Below, one piece after another: positions 57,060 to 64,000 of a stretch of DNA of 64,000 bases. The translations under genes were made by a program, and so were the position numbers. Origin of the DNA: an uncultured Gammaproteobacteria bacterium. Lineage in GTDB: Bacteria > Patescibacteriota > Microgenomatia > Levybacterales > GWA1-39-11. Location of the stretch: positions 28,522-92,521 of the forward strand of contig CAZYWG010000002.1 in NCBI GenBank assembly GCA_964651815.1. Direction: 5' to 3'. The notes under the pieces were generated by a model. The model saw only the letters and a list, made by a program, of their open reading frames with translations. It ran no database searches and had not been told where the DNA came from. The stretch's first letter is position 1. Every line of letters begins with the position of its first letter.

Positions 57060-58631
57060 ATGGCAAAACCAACAGCAAAAAAACAGGATCGCTATGCACT
57101 AATAAGTGTTTTTGATAAAGCGGGAATTGTAGATTTTGCAAAGGTTTTAGATAAAATAGGCTACAAAATAATTTCAACCGGCGGCACTGCAAAAGTCTTA
57201 ACAGGAGCCGGGATTAAAATCATCCCCATCGAACAAGTCACTGGTGAACCTGAGAGCTTTGAAGGGAGAATGAAAACAATAAGCTTTCAGATTGAATCGG
57301 GGATTCTATACGATAGGACTAACCCAAAACACCTCAAAGAAGCCGAAAAACTTAAAATTAAACCTATAGATATTGTAGTAAACAACCTCTACCCGTTTGA
57401 ACAATCCGTTGCCAAGGTAAGCGTAAAACTTGTGGATGCTGTTGAAAATATTGACGTTGGCGGCCCTACAATGATTCGCGCGGCGGCCAAAAACTTCAAA
57501 AATGTTTTAATTGTCGTAAACCCAAAAGATTATTCGGAAGTTGCGTCAAAATTGCAAAAAAATGATCTAAACGAAAAATATCGTCAGACTTTGGCCGCAA
57601 AAGCCTTTCAACATTTGTCTTTCTATGATTCCCAAATTGCACGATTCCTGAATCAAGAAGAATTTCCGGAAGAATTGACTCTTCCAGGGAGAAAAGCGTT
57701 GACCCTTAGATATGGAGAAAATCCTCACCAAAAATCCGCTGTATATATAGAACCAAATACAAACTCTCCGCTTGCAAAACTTCAAAAACACACAGGACGG
57801 GATCTTTCATACGTTAATTTTACCGATATTGCGGCTGGTCTTGAATCTGTCCGTTTTTTTGATGAGCCGGCAGCAGTTGTCATAAAACATAATAGCCCTT
57901 CTGGTGTGGCACTTGGACAAGACGCCGCGGAATCATTAGAACGCGCTGTTGCTGCAGATCCTGAATCTGCTTTTGGAGGGGTAATGGTATTAAATAAGCC
58001 TCTCGATTTAAAAACTGCCAAAACTTTTGCCGGATTTAAAGAAGAAAACGGAGTTTTAATAGATATAGTTGCAGCGCCGTCAATCAATTCCGACGCGATG
58101 GAATTTATAAAAACAGTTCGAAAGACGACTGGAATTTATACTTTTGGGAAAATTCCTGTTAAGCGAACTAATAATCAACATGTGAGGTTTTTTGATGGAG
58201 GATTCGTTGTTCAAGATTGGGACGACGGCGCGAATTTTGATAATTGGAAAGTAGCTGGGAAAGTTAAACCCACAAAAAAGCAAATGGAACAGATGCAACT
58301 CGCATGGAAGTTTGTTGCAAGAATAAAATCAAATACAATCCTTGTAGTAGATAAAAATCTACCAATGACAAGAGGAATTGGCTCGGGTCAGACGTCGCGT
58401 GTAAGATCCACTAAAATCGCGCTGGAACAAGCGGGTTTATATTCCAAAGGCGCGATTCTTGCAAGCGACAGCTTCTTCCCATTCGACGACAGTGTAAAAC
58501 TGGCTGCTAAGGCAGGAATTGCCGCAATAGTAGAACAAGGAGGCTCAATTAATGATCAGCTTTCGATCAACGCGGCAGACAAGGCTGGCATACCTATTAT
58601 ATTCACTGGCGAACGCCGCTTCTGGCACTGA
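57060..58631 (+). CDS. purH: Bifunctional AICAR transformylase/IMP cyclohydrolase
   Basis: ALISVFDK.G, STGGTA, NLYPF, ENIDVGGPTMIRAAAKN, LRYGENPHQ, KH..P.G, ASD.FFPF.D. Confidence 0.96.
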   Translation: MAKPTAKKQDRYALISVFDKAGIVDFAKVLDKIGYKIISTGGTAKVLTGAGIKIIPIEQVTGEPESFEGRMKTISFQIESGILYDRTNPKHLKEAEKLKIKPIDIVVNNLYPFEQSVAKVSVKLVDAVENIDVGGPTMIRAAAKNFKNVLIVVNPKDYSEVASKLQKNDLNEKYRQTLAAKAFQHLSFYDSQIARFLNQEEFPEELTLPGRKALTLRYGENPHQKSAVYIEPNTNSPLAKLQKHTGRDLSYVNFTDIAAGLESVRFFDEPAAVVIKHNSPSGVALGQDAAESLERAVAADPESAFGGVMVLNKPLDLKTAKTFAGFKEENGVLIDIVAAPSINSDAMEFIKTVRKTTGIYTFGKIPVKRTNNQHVRFFDGGFVVQDWDDGANFDNWKVAGKVKPTKKQMEQMQLAWKFVARIKSNTILVVDKNLPMTRGIGSGQTSRVRSTKIALEQAGLYSKGAILASDSFFPFDDSVKLAAKAGIAAIVEQGGSINDQLSINAADKAGIPIIFTGERRFWH

Positions 58632-58674
58632 GTACAATTAAATTCCCGAACGACTCGAACCAAACTTATAAATC

Positions 58675-61638
58675 CTAGGCTGCACGAAGAGTATCCCAAT
58701 CACTTTGAATACTTAATATTGCTTGCTCTTGTTCTGTTAAAGATCCACCGTCATTAAGCTTACCCGCAATTTGAGATACACGATCTATCATTGTGACAAA
58801 CACCGACTCCATTGCATGACGAAACATAACCTCGTGATCTTTTGCTCCGGGATAATTATGAGCTATCTCATGCCCAAAAGTCCTCAAGGCCTCAGTAAAA
58901 TTCACATCCAAAAGTCCTTTGTGTAAACCTATTGCTTTTTGGCCCAAATTAATTCCTTTACTACCGGTTCCCTCATAAATAAAAAGATCATTTACTACGG
59001 CCATGCCAGTCGTAAGCTCCGCATACGTTTTAAGTAGTCCCAGTTGCGCAAGTTGCCTTTCTGAGGGACCTACTACAATTTCAAATTCATTAACGTCATC
59101 CCCTTCCGGATTCAACCGACTTACAACGCTTCTTAGCTTCTGCATCAACGCATTTCGAGTAACATCGGCAGGTGTTGCTTCCGTCACTGTTCGTACTGTT
59201 GAAATTTCAGCTTGATTTTGCTCATTAACTAAGTCCACTAAATGTCTTCCGGTTAAGTAACCTGCGCTCTGACCAAGCCTACCGTAAAAATCTCCACTAT
59301 TTCTCCACTCCATATATTTTTCGATTTCAGATTTGCCGTGTACTTCAATTTTTGGTTTCGGCACTACCTTATCCAGAGCATTAACCATACCAACTAATCC
59401 CGGTAAATTTTCGTCCATTTTTGCAACTCTTTCTTTTTCACTATCAGAAATTTTAACTTCTCTTTCAATAACTTCTCCATGTTGAATTAGTTCTGGACTG
59501 TCCGGTTGAACAACATGAACTTCCCCGAATTGTCTCTGAAGTTCTTTGTGTCTATTAATTAAGTCTTTTTCATCTTCTGCAAGAGCGGCCGGATCTTTTG
59601 AAATTGCTAAAATGTATAAATTTTCATCCTCGGCAGTCCAAGGCTTTTGATTACCAGGAAATATTTCTCCTATATCTTTTGGGCCCGCTTCTCCGGCTTG
59701 TCTGTCGGAAGAATCCGAGATGTCAATCTGCCCGACAATTTCTTCCCCCGAATCTCCTGCCGGATTCGCCTGCAAACCTTCCGCCAGAGCTGAGTTCGAC
59801 GCATTTTTTAAGGCTTCCCTAAATATGGAGGTGAACTCAGGATTGAAATCAATTTCAATAAAAGTACCTTGGTCATTTTCATTTTTGATATTTCTTGTAA
59901 TAAGAGCCGTTTCTTCCGTTGTAAAATCATATTTTGCATCAAATGTTGTTAAAAATTCTCCTTGAGATGTAAAAATCTTGTCAAAAACATGCTCGCTTAA
60001 ACCATATGCTACTACACCGCGCAATAAAAATAACAGTCTTTGGGCATCATCTTTTTGCTTTGGTAAAGCGTGGAACAGTAAATCTTTTGATATTTTATCT
60101 TTTAAATATAACCTGGCGGTGTCAGGTCTCTCTTCTCTTTCTTCCAATCTCAAAATATGAGGAGCAAGACGACTCGCCGCCATTTGCAAAAAAGCGGAAG
60201 GATCTTCTATTTCCGGAAAGTCTTCATAAAAAACCTCCATTCCAAATTCTTGGGCAAATTTTTCTTTTTCATGCTGAGGCAATTTAGGTGCTTCATTGCT
60301 TGCAACTTCAAGAGAACCTAGCTTGCTGCTCGCTTTTGGCATACCGATTTGTTCAAAATATGATGGGCAAATAATATATCCCTGTTTTTGTAGTTCGGCA
60401 ATTTGGCCACGGTCCGCAGCACGATCGAAACTCAAATACTTTTTTGATCCGAATTCTTTTGAGTAATTTTCTTTATCCCAACCCTTTTTATAAGGCAGTT
60501 TCCTTGCAAGTTTTTCTATTATTACACTTGCACCTTCCGCTTCACCGAAATTCGAATCAATATGTCCAGCCCACAGATATTCTGATGTGTGTAATTGTCC
60601 TACAACATCGTCCATCGACATATTACTAATCATGGGATCAAGATACTGCGCCAATTCAAATTGATTAACCGGCGGCCGATCAATACTCATTTTATATTTA
60701 ATGTTATTTAGTCTTATTGTTGCATTCTCTGGTCCAACCCAATAATCTTCTGCTGTTGCCCCCTTTCCTTTGTAATTCATAACTTGGCCGTTTATAAAAA
60801 GGCGTCCTCGAGTGGGGACTGATCCGTCTGATAATGGTAGCCATTTTATTGCTCCGTATTGATTTTCGTAATCCATATTTTGTAAATAAGGATTTTCTTT
60901 GGATACGCCAAGAGATGGTAGCTGCTGCAATGCTTGAACTACATCAGGGTTTGCAGTTGTAATAATATATGCATTTTTTCCGGTAGGACGTGCTTCAGCA
61001 ATATCAGCAACCAACCAATCATGATTTACACGATAACGTGGATCCAGATTCTGCATTTCCGCAAGCTCTCCATTAACCTGGGCAGCTTTTGCTAAACGAT
61101 AATGTACGGCCCATCCTTCTCCATCTATTTCAAATTGTTCAACTCCAAAGTCTCTTAAAAAACGAATTGCGGTTTGTTTAAGACCAATTCCGTTTCCACC
61201 GGCAGTATTAATATCTGCTGGTTTCTCCGAATGAGGACTTAAAACTCCTGTTGGATCGGCAAATGGCCAGTCTCCTTCTATTCTGAATTGTGTTGCGCCA
61301 TCTTTATGAGGAACACCCGAAAATCTTACTCCGTCAAGCGTACCGGGATGCTGAGGATTATGATCAACAAAGTTTTGAACGAGTTCTCTTGTAAGCCATG
61401 CGGCGTTGTACTCATCCCTAGATTTATCCAAAAAACTATCTGTAGCTATTGCGTGAACATCAACTTTTTTTCTTCTATAAAATTCCTGTAATAATCTTTG
61501 GTCTGTAACTACTCCGTCAATTTTTATTGCTGCATCAGGACGAACCTGACGCGCATCTCCTCTTCCCGGAATTAATCTTCTTAGTCCGCTAAATTTTGTA
61601 TCTTTGGGACCTCCGGCTCCCGCGTCTACTGGCTCCAT
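58675..61638 (-). CDS. Large hypothetical protein: N-terminal GHKL-like ATPase motifs, C-terminal HExxH metalloprotease motif
   Basis: RELVQNFVD, GGNGIGLK; GHEIAH...DH...F; TGcTATACT 5 nt before the ATG. Confidence 0.7.
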   Translation of the reverse strand: MEPVDAGAGGPKDTKFSGLRRLIPGRGDARQVRPDAAIKIDGVVTDQRLLQEFYRRKKVDVHAIATDSFLDKSRDEYNAAWLTRELVQNFVDHNPQHPGTLDGVRFSGVPHKDGATQFRIEGDWPFADPTGVLSPHSEKPADINTAGGNGIGLKQTAIRFLRDFGVEQFEIDGEGWAVHYRLAKAAQVNGELAEMQNLDPRYRVNHDWLVADIAEARPTGKNAYIITTANPDVVQALQQLPSLGVSKENPYLQNMDYENQYGAIKWLPLSDGSVPTRGRLFINGQVMNYKGKGATAEDYWVGPENATIRLNNIKYKMSIDRPPVNQFELAQYLDPMISNMSMDDVVGQLHTSEYLWAGHIDSNFGEAEGASVIIEKLARKLPYKKGWDKENYSKEFGSKKYLSFDRAADRGQIAELQKQGYIICPSYFEQIGMPKASSKLGSLEVASNEAPKLPQHEKEKFAQEFGMEVFYEDFPEIEDPSAFLQMAASRLAPHILRLEEREERPDTARLYLKDKISKDLLFHALPKQKDDAQRLLFLLRGVVAYGLSEHVFDKIFTSQGEFLTTFDAKYDFTTEETALITRNIKNENDQGTFIEIDFNPEFTSIFREALKNASNSALAEGLQANPAGDSGEEIVGQIDISDSSDRQAGEAGPKDIGEIFPGNQKPWTAEDENLYILAISKDPAALAEDEKDLINRHKELQRQFGEVHVVQPDSPELIQHGEVIEREVKISDSEKERVAKMDENLPGLVGMVNALDKVVPKPKIEVHGKSEIEKYMEWRNSGDFYGRLGQSAGYLTGRHLVDLVNEQNQAEISTVRTVTEATPADVTRNALMQKLRSVVSRLNPEGDDVNEFEIVVGPSERQLAQLGLLKTYAELTTGMAVVNDLFIYEGTGSKGINLGQKAIGLHKGLLDVNFTEALRTFGHEIAHNYPGAKDHEVMFRHAMESVFVTMIDRVSQIAGKLNDGGSLTEQEQAILSIQSDWDTLRAA

Positions 61639-61699
61639 ACTTCAGTATAGCAAAATCAGGTGATCGTACAAATCCGACAATGGAGTATTATATGTATGA

Positions 61700-64000
61700 C
61701 TAGGGGTTAGTGTATTCTTTCCAGGATTTTATTTTTATGTCCTCGAGCTTTTTTTTAGTTATAGCTTTGATAAAGAGTTCTGCTTTTTGAAAATTGGTAA
61801 AAATAGGAATATTTTTGTCAACTGCCATGCGCCTCATTATATATCCATCCGCAAAATCTTTTCTTGCTTCGTCATCTGAAATATTTACTGCCATATCTAC
61901 TTCACCGTTCTGGAAATAATCGAGAATATTAGGATTTTTATTCTCATGTATTTTATTCAATTTTCTCACTCGTATCCCTTTTTTCTGAAAATAAGCGCTA
62001 GTTTTTTCTGTTGCAAAAAGAGGAATTTTTAGAGTTGCAAGACGTCTCGCACTTTCTAGAAATCTTGCTTTATTATCGTCTCCCCCAAGGCTTATAAAAA
62101 TTCCTTTCTTAGGGATTTTTCCTCCAACGGAAAGCTCCGCAAGTAAAAATGCTTCTTCAGCATCGTCTCCAAAACATGCAACTTCCCCAGTTGATGCCAT
62201 TTCTACATCTAAAACTGGATCTGCCCCAGTCAATCTAGCAAAAGAAAACTGCGCTACTTTTGCCGCAACAAAATCAAAATCAGCAAAATTATTATGTAAA
62301 TACTGAATTTTTTTATGGAAGAAGGCATCAGTTGCCGCTTCAATCATGTTAATTCCTGTCACTTTTGAAATGAATGGAAAAGTCCTTGATGCTCTGAGGT
62401 TAATTTCGATAACAGAAACTACGTTGTCGCGCGCTAAACATTGAATGTTGAATGGCCCAGTAATTTTAAGAGACGAAGCCAGATCGCGCGCTATTTTTTT
62501 AAGTGAGCGGAGAGTTTCAAAATAAATTTTTTGAGCCGGCAAAAGAATGGATGCGTCGCCCGAGTGGACTCCCGCATTTTCAACATGCTCCGAAACAACA
62601 AATATTTTTAACTCTCCATCTTCCGCAACGCAATCTACTTCAATTTCTTTTGCGTCTTTTATGAATTTAGAAACCGTTACCGGGTGGTCTTTTGAAACAA
62701 CTATTGTCTTGAAATATTTTAAAAGGTCTTCTTTGGTATAACAAACTTTCATATTACTTCCAGACAACACATAAGATGGACGGATCAATACTGGAAACCC
62801 TAAATTTTTGGAAAATTTTGTAACTTCTGAAACTTTTACAAATTTAAACCAAGATGGTTGACTGATTTTGAGTGAATCAAGAAGCGCCGAAAATTTAGTT
62901 CTGTCTTCAGCCCTATCAATATCTTTTGAACTCGTTCCCAAAATATGGCACCCATACGCATCCAGAGATTTTGCGCGATTATTAGGGGTTTGACCACCAA
63001 CTGAAATTATTACGCCGTATGAATTTTCAAAATCATAAATGTCAGCTATTCGCTCAAATGTCAATTCTTCAAAATAAAGACGGTCAGAAATATCATAGTC
63101 GGTTGAAACAGTTTCAGGATTGCAATTGATAGTAATTGAGCGCTTTTTGTTTTTCTTAAGTGCAAGAACTGTATTGACACTTGTCCAATCAAATTCCACT
63201 GATGAACCGATTCTATAAGGACCCGAACCCAAAACAATTACTCCTTCCTTTTTTAGCGGCTCAACATCATTGTGGCTTCCTGCATAAGTCATGTAAAGAT
63301 AATTGGTTTTTGCGGGAAATTCTCCTGCCAGAGTATCTATTTGAAAAACAGATGGAATAATATTGTATTTTTTACGAATCTCCCTAATTTCAAGCCCTTT
63401 TTTCCCAACCAGCATTCCAATTCTTTTGTCTGAAAACCCCAAGATCTTCAGTTTTAAAAGCGTATCAGCATCCAATTTTTTAGAGCTATATAGCTTCTTT
63501 TCTTCATCAACTATGTTTTTGATTCTGTAAAGAAACCAGGGGTCAATTCCTGAAAGCCGATAAATATCATCTACGGAATAACCTTCATAAAAAGCCCTCG
63601 CTATACCAAACATTCTGAAAGAGGTTGGTGCAAGTAGTGTTTTGATATCCGGCTTCTTGTTTTCGTTTCGGAAAACATCTTCATCAACTGCTCCTTCAAA
63701 ACCCAAATCAAGCATGCGCAGCGCCTTCTGATATGCTTCTTCAAAAGTTCTACCAATTCCCATCACCTCACCTACTGACCTCATACTGCTACCAATTACG
63801 TCTTCTGCGTGTTTGAATTTTTTCGTATCCCAACGCGGTATTTTAACCGTTACATAGTCTAATGCCGGCTCAAAACAAGATTGAGTTACTTCAGTTACCT
63901 TATTTTTTAATTCAGTTAAACTTTTCCCCAGCGCCAATTTCGCTGCAACATATGCAAGTGGATAACCGGTTGCTTTACTCGCTAAAGCTGAGCTACGTGA
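61700..64000 (-). CDS. carB: Carbamoyl-phosphate synthase large subunit, 5'-truncated by window edge
   Basis: Frame open to 64000 (SRSSALASKATGYPLA); FEP.LDY, GSGPYRIGSSVEFD, RPSYVLSG, HSGD, MASTGEV, C-terminal MGS domain. Confidence 0.96.
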   Translation of the reverse strand, partial: SRSSALASKATGYPLAYVAAKLALGKSLTELKNKVTEVTQSCFEPALDYVTVKIPRWDTKKFKHAEDVIGSSMRSVGEVMGIGRTFEEAYQKALRMLDLGFEGAVDEDVFRNENKKPDIKTLLAPTSFRMFGIARAFYEGYSVDDIYRLSGIDPWFLYRIKNIVDEEKKLYSSKKLDADTLLKLKILGFSDKRIGMLVGKKGLEIREIRKKYNIIPSVFQIDTLAGEFPAKTNYLYMTYAGSHNDVEPLKKEGVIVLGSGPYRIGSSVEFDWTSVNTVLALKKNKKRSITINCNPETVSTDYDISDRLYFEELTFERIADIYDFENSYGVIISVGGQTPNNRAKSLDAYGCHILGTSSKDIDRAEDRTKFSALLDSLKISQPSWFKFVKVSEVTKFSKNLGFPVLIRPSYVLSGSNMKVCYTKEDLLKYFKTIVVSKDHPVTVSKFIKDAKEIEVDCVAEDGELKIFVVSEHVENAGVHSGDASILLPAQKIYFETLRSLKKIARDLASSLKITGPFNIQCLARDNVVSVIEINLRASRTFPFISKVTGINMIEAATDAFFHKKIQYLHNNFADFDFVAAKVAQFSFARLTGADPVLDVEMASTGEVACFGDDAEEAFLLAELSVGGKIPKKGIFISLGGDDNKARFLESARRLATLKIPLFATEKTSAYFQKKGIRVRKLNKIHENKNPNILDYFQNGEVDMAVNISDDEARKDFADGYIMRRMAVDKNIPIFTNFQKAELFIKAITKKKLEDIKIKSWKEYTNP

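Noticed and set aside
39-62741. Numerous short antisense/overlapping ORFs in the ORF track (e.g. 266-538, 9578-9841, 31519-31911, 53371-53751)
   Set aside because: They lie within well-supported genes and show no motifs or initiation signals.
1-64000. CRISPR array, rRNA, tRNA, integrase/transposase or prophage
   Set aside because: No regularly spaced 25-45 bp repeats, cloverleafs or such ORFs were seen; intergenic gaps are short.
1-64000. UGA-to-Gly recoding (code 25)
   Set aside because: Conserved genes are full-length under code 11, and several end in TGA with ATGA coupling.

Overview
Gene-dense, AT-rich bacterial chromosome segment using standard code 11 (TGA acts as stop, e.g. in ATGA overlaps). 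Gene content and architecture point to a Patescibacteria/CPR genome, probably Microgenomates; this is inferred from the CBS-less GuaB, short GltX, archaeal-type AspRS, half-size TsaB, DUF3048/DUF4446/DUF5679, a VirD4-like ATPase and a Cys-rich repeat protein. The window holds partial otsA, guaBA, translation/tRNA genes (gltX, aspS, cca, yqeY, tsaBCE, prfB), recJ, secDF, a ~12 kb nucleotide-sugar/glycosylation cluster, ftsEX with a coiled-coil hydrolase, a dispersed two-component/stress region, purH and partial carB. I found no rRNA, tRNA, CRISPR array or transposase. Most notable: (1) a four-helix-bundle (IVS/bAvd-like) gene bracketed by a 28-bp imperfect inverted repeat built of 7-mers, with gene-less 7/8-mer hairpins and in-frame 7-mer tracts elsewhere (guaA, recJ); (2) adjacent apparent pseudo-proteases, a subtilase-like protein with no Ser motif and an RDD-signal-peptidase fusion lacking both catalytic residues; (3) a 987-aa GHKL-like ATPase plus HExxH protease orphan; (4) many genes with a leaderless-type promoter layout. 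All family calls come from motif recognition by eye, not from database searches.
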